Shown piece by piece: positions 1 through 9,292 of a stretch of 64,000 nt of DNA; the stretch's first letter is position 1, and each line of letters begins with the position of its first letter. The DNA lies in IMG/VR virus record IMGVR_UViG_3300048930_001424, positions 1 through 64,000 of that record, one strand, 5' to 3'. The translations under genes were made by a program, and so were the position numbers. Origin of the DNA: a virus. A model generated the notes under the pieces. The model saw nothing but the letters and a program-made list of their open reading frames with translations, did no database searches and was not told the DNA's origin.

Positions 1-768
1 ATGCCGCTCAAAAACCCCTTCCCCATAGCCACACTGCCGGAGCTCAAGCAGCCTCCGATTGAGTTGATCATCGGCCAAATTCGAGTGCCGATGATCGTGG
101 CTCTTTTGGAGCCAGGTGGTATCGCCGCATTCCAGAAACTGGCAAAGGCCGACTATCCGCACCTGCGGCGGGAGGAGCAAGTAGCGATTCGTCTGAGCGC
201 CGAAGAGTCGCCCAAGAGTCAATCTGTCGGGCTGTGGCGTCTTGAGGACGCCAACCACGCATGGACGGTCACTGTCGCACCTGACTTCGTCGCCCTTGAA
301 GCTCGTGAGTACAAGAACTTCGGCGAGTTCCGCGATCGCCTCGTCACGATCTCGGAGTGGTTCCGAATCGCGTATGACGAATCTCTAAGGGTTCGAGTTG
401 GCTTGCGGTACGTTGATCGGTTCGACTCGAAGAAGTACCCCTCGCTAGGAGCGAATTGGATCGAGAAGGCCAATCCAGCCCTCCTGACGTTTGTACGAAT
501 GGCCGCTGGCCATGAACATCGGACCTTTTGGGAGCACCGGTTCTCGCTCGGGGACGGCTGGGGCATGACCTTTCGGGCGAGCCTAGGCGTAGCCTCAACT
601 GAGGGGACTGGAGACACCGAGTTGCTGCTTGATGTAGATGCGTTCAACAATGAAGAGTCCGATTTCAGCGGGCTAGCGAACATTCTCGATTCACTGAAGC
701 AGGTTGATTATGGAGCGTTTGCCTGGGCCACTGCATCGCTGCTCGACCTACTGGAGAAGAAGACGTGA
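1..768 (+). CDS. TIGR04255-family protein
   Basis: N-terminal PPIELIIGQIR, central RVGLRYVDRF and C-terminal LLLDVDAF match the TIGR04255 pattern; the ORF starts at window base 1. Confidence 0.7.
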   Translation: MPLKNPFPIATLPELKQPPIELIIGQIRVPMIVALLEPGGIAAFQKLAKADYPHLRREEQVAIRLSAEESPKSQSVGLWRLEDANHAWTVTVAPDFVALEAREYKNFGEFRDRLVTISEWFRIAYDESLRVRVGLRYVDRFDSKKYPSLGANWIEKANPALLTFVRMAAGHEHRTFWEHRFSLGDGWGMTFRASLGVASTEGTGDTELLLDVDAFNNEESDFSGLANILDSLKQVDYGAFAWATASLLDLLEKKT

Positions 769-1268
769 GTGCACTCGCAACGCGGCCGTGGTCGGTGACT
801 AGTACTGGTCCCGAAGAGGGGCCGAGTGACCATTTCGCCGTTCTCAATGATGAGCGCACAACCGATTCAGAATCAATGAGGCTCCAGTCCAATGACGGGA
901 CGTCTGGCGTACGGCTTCGTGCGATGGGGCAACGCCGCGAGTGGTATCTGCACCTACAAGGTGCGCCTGCTGAGTTGATGCGCCTCGCATCCGTTCGCGT
1001 AGGCAACGAAACAGTTGGCTCTCGCCTCCGGCCAACGCAAGTCCACATGGATGAATTGTGGGGCATCCAGAATCGTCGCCGTGGCGAGTTGCTATTCAAG
1101 CGTGTGACCTGCGCACTCACCATCGCCGAGCGCAGAGAACTCGACGTGCTGGAGACGATCGCCGAACAGAGGTTGATCCCCATTGCCCAAAGATCGATGT
1201 CGCGTCTGAGAGACTTCCCATCGCCCCCAAGCCACATCGTGAACATCGTCTCGCCCCCGTCGCCATGA
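765..1268 (+). CDS. hypothetical protein
   Basis: GTGA overlap with the upstream stop and ATGA overlap with the downstream HNH start indicate a coupled operon. Confidence 0.55.
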   Translation: MSALATRPWSVTSTGPEEGPSDHFAVLNDERTTDSESMRLQSNDGTSGVRLRAMGQRREWYLHLQGAPAELMRLASVRVGNETVGSRLRPTQVHMDELWGIQNRRRGELLFKRVTCALTIAERRELDVLETIAEQRLIPIAQRSMSRLRDFPSPPSHIVNIVSPPSP

Positions 1269-1906
1269 CTTCCGTGCAGTCCCGTCCACCCTGGCCCTTC
1301 GCGTTCGATCACGGCCCTGCCTCTAACCGGAGGCATGGCCCGAAGGGATATGCTGACTACACGGGATTCAAGGACTGGCTGCGCGACGAGTTCTCGTTTC
1401 GATGCGTGTACTGTCTTGCCAGAGAACAGTGGGAGCGCGATCCGCGGGCCTCTTTTGGAATAGAGCACCTCACCCCGCAGGCAGTCGATCAGTCCAAATC
1501 GCTTGACTACGACAATTTGGCATTTGCCTGCAATAGCTGCAACTCCGCTCGCAGGCAGTGTCCGTTGCCACCGGAGCTGCTGAACTCAACCATGGGCGAC
1601 CACGTCAGGCTCGATGGCAACGGCACGTACTCGCATCTCACTGAGGTGGGCCGTTCGATGATCGACCTGTTGAAGCTCAACCTGAACTTCTTCGTAGAGG
1701 CAAGACGGCGAGTCTTGTTCGCTTACGGTCGGGCCATCGGCGAGTTCCCTGGCGTGCAGGGGGTCGACTTCGACCTATTCAGGTTTCCAAACGATCTACC
1801 GGATCTCTCTACTCTGAGGCCCCCTAACGGCAATGATCGGCCGGCAGGGCTGACCGAAACTGCATTTCGGCGGCGCACCGAAGGTCGATTGCCAGAGTTC
1901 TATTGA
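1265..1906 (+). CDS. HNH endonuclease
   Basis: CVYC...IEHLTP...YDNLAFACNSCN; ATG at 1265 overlaps the previous stop. Confidence 0.8.
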   Translation: MTSVQSRPPWPFAFDHGPASNRRHGPKGYADYTGFKDWLRDEFSFRCVYCLAREQWERDPRASFGIEHLTPQAVDQSKSLDYDNLAFACNSCNSARRQCPLPPELLNSTMGDHVRLDGNGTYSHLTEVGRSMIDLLKLNLNFFVEARRRVLFAYGRAIGEFPGVQGVDFDLFRFPNDLPDLSTLRPPNGNDRPAGLTETAFRRRTEGRLPEFY

Positions 1907-2084
1907 GTAGGGCGTGCTTGTCGTCGCGATTCAGCTCGCCGATCAGGATGACAAGCCTCGCCTGAGAGAACATACCGCCACTGGGTTGCTCTCGCTCCCC
2001 TCGCGCGCGACTTCGGAATCCCATCGCGTAGGCATTCAGTAGCTAGCGGCGGCGTGCAGCAACAGACCGTTCCGATCGGTCCCT

Positions 2085-2114
2085 CCGCCACGATCGGAAC
2101 CTTTCGCGTAGATG
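2085..2114 (+). promoter_or_regulatory. Bipartite promoter-like motif CCGCCAC-N12-TCGCGTAGATG, copy 1
   Basis: Identical boxes and spacing recur at 8922 and 17967; lies upstream of the recombinase operon. Confidence 0.7.
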
Positions 2115-2402
2115 GTGGTTGACGCCCCCTCGGAGGGCGGAACCGACCCACCATCGCAGGCTCGCAAAAGCGCGGGCACGCTCACGGATGCACCTATGAC
2201 GAATGGCCCCGACGAGGCGGTCGAGCGCGATGATCTCGCGCCGACCAAGCGGCTGCACATCATCGCCGAACTTCTGGCCGAAGGCATCCGCCGTCAGCGT
2301 GCCGACGCTCGCCGCATGGGCGAGAATCCGCAGCATCAAGAAAGAGAGGCCGATGGACTTGAATCGTTTGAGCCGGTTCGCCTTGATCGTCCGCTTGGTT
2401 GA
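2112..2402 (+). CDS. small hypothetical protein (start uncertain)
   Basis: IAELLAEG...GLE resembles the paralogous ORF at 57739-58008 in the same position of element 2. Confidence 0.45.
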   Translation: MVVDAPSEGGTDPPSQARKSAGTLTDAPMTNGPDEAVERDDLAPTKRLHIIAELLAEGIRRQRADARRMGENPQHQEREADGLESFEPVRLDRPLG

Positions 2403-2426
2403 CGCCTTGCGAACCGGAGAGTCCAC

Positions 2427-2936
2427 ATGCCCGATGACACCAACTCGACGGTCCTGGCCCTTGGCCGATTGACCGTGCCCGAACTGAAGCAACGCTACGC
2501 CGAGGTCTTCGGCGAGCCCACGCGAACGAACCACAAGCAGTACCTCGTCAAGCGGATCGTCTGGCGGATGCAGGCGCTCCGCGAAGGCGGCCTCTCTGAA
2601 CGGGCACGCCGTCGGGCGGTCGAGTTGGCCGACGATGCCGAAATCCGGCTGAGCGCCCCGAAAGCGCCGCTCAAGGGGCCGGGCACGGTGATCACAGCAG
2701 CGTTCGACGCGGGACGCCCCGCCGCGTTCCCCAAGCCGGGCAGCGTCATCCGCCGCGAATACAAGGGGAAGGTGATCGTCGTGCGGGTGTTGCCCCGCGG
2801 GTTTGAGTACGAGGGGGAGGTCTATCGCTCGCTCACCGCCATCGCCCAGAAGGTGACCGGGGCGCACTGGAACGGGGTCAGCTTCTTCGGGCTGCCGTCC
2901 GCACGCGGCAAGAAGGGATCGGAGGCGGACGAATGA
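2427..2936 (+). CDS. DUF2924 domain protein
   Basis: ELKQRYAEVFGE...RIVWRMQA...GFEYEGEVYRSLTAIAQKVTGAHWNGVSFFGL; typical partner of serine recombinases. Confidence 0.85.
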   Translation: MPDDTNSTVLALGRLTVPELKQRYAEVFGEPTRTNHKQYLVKRIVWRMQALREGGLSERARRRAVELADDAEIRLSAPKAPLKGPGTVITAAFDAGRPAAFPKPGSVIRREYKGKVIVVRVLPRGFEYEGEVYRSLTAIAQKVTGAHWNGVSFFGLPSARGKKGSEADE

Positions 2937-4498
2937 GCAAGCGACCGGAGCCAAAGCCAACCACGCGGGTGCGGTGCGCCATCTACACCCGCAAGAGCAC
3001 GCAGGACGGCCTCGAGCAGGAGTTCAACTCGCTCGACGCGCAGCGGGAAAGCGCCGAGGCGTACATCGCCAGCCAGAAGGCCGAGGGGTGGCAGTGCCTT
3101 CCCGATCGGTACGACGACGGCGGATTCACGGGCGGCAACATGGACCGCCCCGCCGTGGCCCGTTTGATGGCGGACATCGAAGCGGGCAAGGTGGACTGCG
3201 TGGTGGTCTACAAGGTGGACCGGCTCAGCCGCTCGCTGATCGACTTCGCCCGGATGATGGAGTTGTTCGAGCGCAAGAAGATTTCGTTCGTCTCTGTCAC
3301 GCAGCAGTTCAACACCACGCAGTCGATGGGGCGGCTCACGCTCAACATCCTGCTCTCGTTCGCGCAGTTCGAGCGAGAAATCATCTCTGAGCGCACGCGG
3401 GACAAGATCGCGGCGGCGCGACGGAAGGGCAAATGGTCGGGGGGCCGCTCTGTGCTCGGTTATGACGTAGACCCCGTCACGAAGAAGCTCGTGGTCAATG
3501 CCGCCGACGCAGAGTTGGTCCGCGACATCTTCCGAATGTACCTCCAGCGCCGTTCGCTCCTGGATGTGTGCCGCGAGTTGAACCGTCGCGGCCTGAAGAC
3601 CAAGGCGGTCCAGACGCGGAAGGGCGCGGCGTACGGCGGGCGCGTGTGGGACAAGCCCGCCGTGCTCAAGGTCCTCGCCAACGTCCTCTATCGCGGGAAG
3701 GTGCGGTACAAGGCCGAAACGTTCCCGGGCGAGCACGCCGCCATCGTTGAAGAAGGGCTCTGGACGAAGGTCCACGAGTTGCTGCGGTCGAACGGGCGCG
3801 CGGGTGGGATGCTCGTGCGGAACAAGTACGGCGCGCTGCTGAAGGGGCTCGTTCACTGCGGCCCGTGTGGCCTCTCAATGGGGCACACCACCGCCAACAA
3901 GGGCAAGGACCGCGTCTACCGCTACTACGTCTGCTACAAGGCCCAGAAGCAGGGCTGGGACGCGTGCCCGTGTCGGTCCCTTCCCGCCGAGCAGATCGAG
4001 GGCTTCGTGGTCGAGCAGATCAAGCGGATCGGCAAAGACCCGGCGCTGCTGTCGCTCACGCTTTCGAAGTGCCGCCAGCAACTGACGCACCAGCGGGCCG
4101 AGGCCGAACGTGAGTTGGGCGTGGTCGAGCGGGAACTCGCCCGCCTTCACGCCGACCTTGGCCGCACGGCGGGGGACGCCGCAACCGACGGTCACGCCGC
4201 CGCCCGTCTGGCCGATCTCCACCAGCGGGTCCAGGCGGCGGACGACCGAGCGGCCGCGCTCCGGCGCGATATCACGGACGCCGACGCCGCCCAAATCACG
4301 AAGGCCGAGGTCGATGCCGCGCTCGGGGAGTTCGACGGGGTCTGGTCGCGGCTGTCTCCGAAGGAGCAGGCCAAACTCATGCGGATGTTGGTCCAGCGCG
4401 TTGACTACGACGCCGCGAAGGGGTCGGTTTCGATCACGTTCCATCCGCTGGGCCTGCGGTCGATCGGCCAGCACGCGAATGAGGAGGTGTCGGTATGA
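2933..4498 (+). CDS. large serine recombinase (resolvase + recombinase + Zn ribbon)
   Basis: CAIYTRKS catalytic Ser, VVVYKVDRLSRS, FAQFEREIISERTRD, LLKGLVHCGPCG...YYVC. Confidence 0.95.
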   Translation: MSKRPEPKPTTRVRCAIYTRKSTQDGLEQEFNSLDAQRESAEAYIASQKAEGWQCLPDRYDDGGFTGGNMDRPAVARLMADIEAGKVDCVVVYKVDRLSRSLIDFARMMELFERKKISFVSVTQQFNTTQSMGRLTLNILLSFAQFEREIISERTRDKIAAARRKGKWSGGRSVLGYDVDPVTKKLVVNAADAELVRDIFRMYLQRRSLLDVCRELNRRGLKTKAVQTRKGAAYGGRVWDKPAVLKVLANVLYRGKVRYKAETFPGEHAAIVEEGLWTKVHELLRSNGRAGGMLVRNKYGALLKGLVHCGPCGLSMGHTTANKGKDRVYRYYVCYKAQKQGWDACPCRSLPAEQIEGFVVEQIKRIGKDPALLSLTLSKCRQQLTHQRAEAERELGVVERELARLHADLGRTAGDAATDGHAAARLADLHQRVQAADDRAAALRRDITDADAAQITKAEVDAALGEFDGVWSRLSPKEQAKLMRMLVQRVDYDAAKGSVSITFHPLGLRSIGQHANEEVSV

Positions 4499-4902
4499 AC
4501 GACGGCGTGACGCTCGATTTCACGGTTCACTTCACCACGGGGCGCACCGGCCAGCGGGTTTTGAACGCCGGTGAGAAGCCGCCCCCGACCCCCGTGCCCG
4601 ACGGGAGGGTGCCGCGCGTCTCGCGGTTGATGGCTCTGGCCATCCGGTTCGACAACCTCGTCCGACTCGGGGAGGTTGCCGACTTTGCCGACATCGCAGA
4701 ACTGGGGCAGGTCACCCGCGCCCGCGTGAGCCAGATCGTGAACCTGCTCAATCTCGCCCCGGACATTCAGGAGGACATTCTCTTCCTGCCGCCGGTAGCG
4801 GGTGACCGGGACGCCGTGTCGGAGCGCGAGGTCCGGAGCATCGCCGGGGAGCCCGATTGGGGTCGGCAACGTGCCCTTTGGCAGCGGGCCGGGAAAGCCT
4901 GA
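4495..4902 (+). CDS. recombinase-associated HTH protein (possible directionality factor)
   Basis: RVSRLMALAIRF...VTRARVSQIVNLLNLAPDIQE HTH-like motif; paralog at 60103. Confidence 0.7.
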   Translation: MNDGVTLDFTVHFTTGRTGQRVLNAGEKPPPTPVPDGRVPRVSRLMALAIRFDNLVRLGEVADFADIAELGQVTRARVSQIVNLLNLAPDIQEDILFLPPVAGDRDAVSEREVRSIAGEPDWGRQRALWQRAGKA

Positions 4903-4969
4903 TCGCCCGGAGCGGTCGCCGTAAACTTGATCATCGGAACCCCGGTTCCGACCGGAGCCGCCCCGTCCG

Positions 4970-7900
4970 ATGAGCAAATGGATCGTTTTCATCACTGTCG
5001 TTCACGAGGAACTGACCTTCAGCGCCGACCTGCGCTCCGAGGGTGAACGCTCCGTGGCGACCTATCCGCTGCTCGCCGCACCGACGAACGCCATCGCCGA
5101 GCTCGTGGTCGCTCGGCTCAACCATCAACACGGATTGCCGGAAGAGGCCGGGGCGGACGACTGGCAGGAGTTCTCATTCAAGGCAGAGACGGAACTGACG
5201 CCCCAAGAGGTGGCGATGGCTCTGGACCTGAATGATCCCGCATACCCCAAGAACGGACGGCACCCTTCCTGGCTCTCCGGGATGGTGACCGCCGCGAAGA
5301 CGGCGATGGCCGACGTGGTTAAGCATCGCGCCTCTTCCCCGAAACACGATGATCCTGCGTACCTGTTCGTTGGGACGGGCGCGACGGCGACGCCATCGAC
5401 CGTGTTCCATCGCGCTGGCACCGCGGGCGCTGCCGCAACGCTTCGCGGGTTGTTCGCCAAGGAGTACTCGGCAAACGGCTCGCCTGCGTTCAACTTTCAA
5501 GCCGCGGGCGCTTTGCCACCGGACGAACGTCTGTTGCTGGACGAGGCGATCGATGAGTTGGCGATATACGACGACCCAGACCCGGGGGTCTACGACCCGC
5601 CAGCATCGAAGGCTTTGCTTGCACGGGCGGAGTATGCGAGACGGGCGGATCGGTGGGAGGCGATGCTGCTCAACAAGGCGTCAGCCGCCACGGGCGTTGC
5701 GTCGGTGACCGATCGCGTGAACGATCTTCTCCGCGCCGTCGAGCGTCATCGTCTGATGTTCCTGTACTGGGCCGCCGCCTGCCGTCGCAACCCGCTTGCG
5801 GTGAGGAGCCGTACCGGCATCAATGAGCGCGTTTCGCGCGACGACGTTCGCGGCTGGAAGGAGATGGTGGAGGCGATCGACGCGGAAGGCGCGTTCCTCT
5901 GGACGCATCGAAGCGTGCTCGACCGATACGCACAGGAAGCCATCGGCATGTTCGGCCCGGGCGAGGGATCGCGGCCCGGTGAGCCCGACGAAAGCGGCCG
6001 CAGTGTTCCTGTGGATGGCGGCACCTACCCCTACTGGTCGATCGATGAAGGCAGCACGAGCTACCTCGAAGAGTCGAGCGACGCGATTCTTGAAGCATGC
6101 CGCTCACTGGCTGAGGCCGGACAGCACGAGGTTGTCTTCGCGTTGGTGAAAGACGCAAGCGCCGCGGCGCGACCTGAACATCACGACCGTTGGTACGCCA
6201 ACGTCGTAGTGAAGTGGTCCTACCTCTCGGCGCTCGATTCACTCATCTCTCGCATCAAGGCGGTCCGTGTGGAGTTGGCGCTACCGCCCCGCTCCGAGAA
6301 GGCAGGGCCGTCCAAGCCGGAGGTCGTCAAACCCGATCCCCAAAGCGTGGCCGACGTGGTCGTGCTGTTCATGGTCACCCGCGATCTCGTTCGGATCGGC
6401 CGCGACTACCCGGACGCGATGCCTCAGGCCGACCACAAGGCCTGGGTTGACGAGGTCACCGCCCACGCCAACCTTATCTTGAAGCGGCCCGGCTTCGAGG
6501 GCATCAAGAAGCTGATGAAGGAGCCGACGCTCCTAGAAATGAATGTCCCTGAGCGATTCGGCATGCTGATGTCTGCCGCGATGATGGCGCACCCAGCGAT
6601 GGCAGCACCCGCGGGAACACCTGCCGAGATTCAAGCGGCGGTCGAGAAGGCCATGAGCGCCTGCCAGGAAACGGCGTCCCCTCACATCAAGGAACAGATG
6701 TCTCGCCTCGCCAACCTGATGGTGGTGTCGTGCCGCTGCCCGACCGGTACGGCTGTGAAGGACTTCGCTGACCCCGCACGGTTCTTGCAGATGCTCCACC
6801 GGTACTGGATGCTGGCAAGCGCGATGGTGCAAGCGCAGGCCACGGTTCACGTTGGCTTCAACCCGCATCCTCTGCTGCATCTGATCGAGAACGTGCGAGA
6901 TCGCCTGAGCACCTGCTTCTCGCGTGTTGTCCACCTCGATGGCGCTGGTGAGGCGCAGCAGGCGTGCGACCAGCTTGTTGGCATGCTCACGGAAGGCGAC
7001 ATTGACGATCTGTCAGCGGTGCCGGAGTGGACCAACGGCGAACTTCAGAGGGTGGAACGGTTCATCGCGAGGGCAAGGCTGAAGACTGGTCCTCGCGTGT
7101 TTGAGTTGACGGCCGCGGAAGAGTTCTTCATCAAACAGTCCGAGCACCTCATCGCAGAGCACGAGAAGCGCTGCCGTGCGGCATGGAAGCAGATGCTGGC
7201 CCGAGCAGACGCGCAGGCGGCGGCACGCAGGCCCGCCGATAGTTCGCCAACAACGCCGCCCGGTTCCGGGGCTGCGGCGCAACCGGCAGGGACGCCGGAG
7301 CAACGGATAGAGCGGATCGGTCCTCTCTTGTCTTCCCTTGTTGCGGCGGACAACGGGATCATGTCGCTGGGCGCGAGATTGCGTTCGCTGTCTACGCGCG
7401 GCACTGCCGCGAACACGCACGCCCTCACCGTGAAGGTGCAGGAGCAGCTTCACAAGTGGATTGACCCAATCGTTCAGCATCTGAAGGACGCCGAGACGGC
7501 CAGCAGTGGCGTCGGGCCGCATCTCGTTGGCCTCATCGCCGAGCCTGTCGCCTGGGAGGTTGACACGCGACTCGCGATCCGCACACTCAAAGATCAACTT
7601 GTCGGTCTCATTTACTCGAACGGCGGCGAGAACGAGGAGTCATTCGTCGTGGGCGCAGCAAGCAGCCTGTGTGACAGAGGACAACGCCTCCAAGCGGCAT
7701 TCGAGGCGCTCAATGCGCAGGCGGTGCCCCATCAACCCCATGCGTCCTCGAACGGGACGAAACCTGCTCCAAACGTCCAGCCGACTCCAATGGTGGTGCT
7801 GGGCCGCGCGGGCGATCCTTGCACCGTGAAAGGCAAGCCGAAGAAGGCGCTGACGGACGGTCAACACGCTGTTGTGGCCGCATTGATCGAGGCCGGCGAT

Positions 7901-8041
7901 GAAGGTCTCACCAAGGACGCCATCGAGGCAGTGCGTTCGAGCGCCCGCCGCATGCTTGACGATCTTCGCAAGGACAGTGATTGGGCGGGCGTGATCATCA
8001 TGCCCGGGCAGACGAACGGGCGCTATCGCGTTCGGACGTGA
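4970..8041 (+). CDS. large hypothetical protein with C-terminal winged-helix-like domain
   Basis: 1023-aa ORF; the C-terminal ~85 aa (LTDGQHAVVAALIEAGDEGLT...GRYRV) look like a wHTH. Confidence 0.65.
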   Translation: MSKWIVFITVVHEELTFSADLRSEGERSVATYPLLAAPTNAIAELVVARLNHQHGLPEEAGADDWQEFSFKAETELTPQEVAMALDLNDPAYPKNGRHPSWLSGMVTAAKTAMADVVKHRASSPKHDDPAYLFVGTGATATPSTVFHRAGTAGAAATLRGLFAKEYSANGSPAFNFQAAGALPPDERLLLDEAIDELAIYDDPDPGVYDPPASKALLARAEYARRADRWEAMLLNKASAATGVASVTDRVNDLLRAVERHRLMFLYWAAACRRNPLAVRSRTGINERVSRDDVRGWKEMVEAIDAEGAFLWTHRSVLDRYAQEAIGMFGPGEGSRPGEPDESGRSVPVDGGTYPYWSIDEGSTSYLEESSDAILEACRSLAEAGQHEVVFALVKDASAAARPEHHDRWYANVVVKWSYLSALDSLISRIKAVRVELALPPRSEKAGPSKPEVVKPDPQSVADVVVLFMVTRDLVRIGRDYPDAMPQADHKAWVDEVTAHANLILKRPGFEGIKKLMKEPTLLEMNVPERFGMLMSAAMMAHPAMAAPAGTPAEIQAAVEKAMSACQETASPHIKEQMSRLANLMVVSCRCPTGTAVKDFADPARFLQMLHRYWMLASAMVQAQATVHVGFNPHPLLHLIENVRDRLSTCFSRVVHLDGAGEAQQACDQLVGMLTEGDIDDLSAVPEWTNGELQRVERFIARARLKTGPRVFELTAAEEFFIKQSEHLIAEHEKRCRAAWKQMLARADAQAAARRPADSSPTTPPGSGAAAQPAGTPEQRIERIGPLLSSLVAADNGIMSLGARLRSLSTRGTAANTHALTVKVQEQLHKWIDPIVQHLKDAETASSGVGPHLVGLIAEPVAWEVDTRLAIRTLKDQLVGLIYSNGGENEESFVVGAASSLCDRGQRLQAAFEALNAQAVPHQPHASSNGTKPAPNVQPTPMVVLGRAGDPCTVKGKPKKALTDGQHAVVAALIEAGDEGLTKDAIEAVRSSARRMLDDLRKDSDWAGVIIMPGQTNGRYRVRT

Positions 8042-8393
8042 CGGCAGCCCTTGCGGCCTGTCCACCTTTGATCACCTCGACGTGCACGAACATGCACCAC
8101 CCACGCGCGGAAACTCTGGTCCTCATCGTGATAGTGCGATGACGAACCAGAAAGGCCGACGCCGTGATACCACGCCCCCGACCACCCGATCCGTCGCTCG
8201 CCGCTGCCCCGAACGCGGAGCGCGGTCCGTAGCGCCCGACACCTTGCACACCGACCTCTGCCGCGCCGACACCGAGCCTGATCGGTCGTCAGCAGGCGCG
8301 GCTCTCATCTCGTAATCGCCCGTCAACCCCGACCGCTCTCAACGTGGCCCCGCGCCCCGGCGCTGTGGCTGCGCCCATGAAGGACTCGCCAGC

Positions 8394-8915
8394 ATGCAAA
8401 TCGACCCCAAGGACCTCCAGTTCACCAACATCGTCATCTCCGCAGAAATGAAGAAACTCCACCTCCGCGGCATCCTGCGCAGCGACGAGATGGAACCGTT
8501 CGCCAGCGAAGTGCTGGCACGCCTCCTGGCCGTGTGGGACTCCTTCGACTCCGCTCGCGGGCCGCGCGAGGCGTTCATCAACACCGTCGTGAGCAACCTG
8601 ATCGCCTCCCTCCTGCGCGAGCGGTACGCCCAGAAGCGCCGGGGAACGACCCAGCCGCTGGATGGCGTCGCCGACGTGCTTGTGGATCGCGCGACCTCCG
8701 ACGGCAGGCAGGAACACATCATCAACCTGCGGATCGACCTCGCCAACGCCTTGCCGCGATTGACGCCCTTCCAGCGCCAGATCGTGGACCTCCTCCAGCG
8801 GGACGCGTTGACGCCAGTGGCGGAGCAGTTGGGTATCCCCCGCCGGACTCTTCGTGACCAGTGCGCCCGCATCCGGGATGTCTTCCGCGACGCTGGGCTG
8901 GAGGAGTACCTGTGA
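8394..8915 (+). CDS. sigma-70/ECF-like RNA polymerase sigma factor
   Basis: Region-2-like FDSARGPREAFINTVV and region-4 HTH LPRLTPFQRQIV...VAEQLGIPRRTL; AAGGA RBS upstream. Confidence 0.75.
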   Translation: MQIDPKDLQFTNIVISAEMKKLHLRGILRSDEMEPFASEVLARLLAVWDSFDSARGPREAFINTVVSNLIASLLRERYAQKRRGTTQPLDGVADVLVDRATSDGRQEHIINLRIDLANALPRLTPFQRQIVDLLQRDALTPVAEQLGIPRRTLRDQCARIRDVFRDAGLEEYL

Positions 8916-8921
8916 TCGCCT

Positions 8922-8951
8922 CCGCCACTCGTTTCCCCGTTCGCGTAGATG
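8922..8951 (+). promoter_or_regulatory. Bipartite promoter-like motif, copy 2
   Basis: CCGCCAC-tcgtttccccgt-TCGCGTAGATG, immediately upstream of the RBS of the replication operon. Confidence 0.7.
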
Positions 8952-8968
8952 TGCTCAGGAGGCTCAAC

Positions 8969-9292
8969 ATGACCACCAAGGACGAACGCTCTGGCCGTTC
9001 CGTGTATCGCATTCAGTTCAACGAGACGACCGACATGGGCGCGGTCGAAGACACCCTGCTGCTTGCCATTCTCTCCGTGGGCTGCCTGCACGGGGAATCC
9101 GCCGTCCGCCTGGAGGCCGGTTACGCCATCAACGCCGAGGAACGGCTCGTCGTCCTCGACGCCGGTGCCCCGCTCGCGCTCGCCGTGGCACGAGTGTTCG
9201 TCGGCATGTGCTCGCACGAACTCGGGAACGACGCTTTCCGCGTCCTTCGTGGCGAGGGAACTGTCCCGAAGGAGGTTGCGGTTGCATCGTGA
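8969..9292 (+). CDS. hypothetical phage protein
   Basis: AGGAGG RBS and ATG at 8969; stop overlaps the primase GTG. Confidence 0.7.
   Translation: MTTKDERSGRSVYRIQFNETTDMGAVEDTLLLAILSVGCLHGESAVRLEAGYAINAEERLVVLDAGAPLALAVARVFVGMCSHELGNDAFRVLRGEGTVPKEVAVAS

Noticed and set aside
8854-9288. N-terminal extension of the primase ORF
   Set aside because: Overlaps the sigma gene and 8969-9292; the GTG at 9289 has a strong RBS and stop-start coupling
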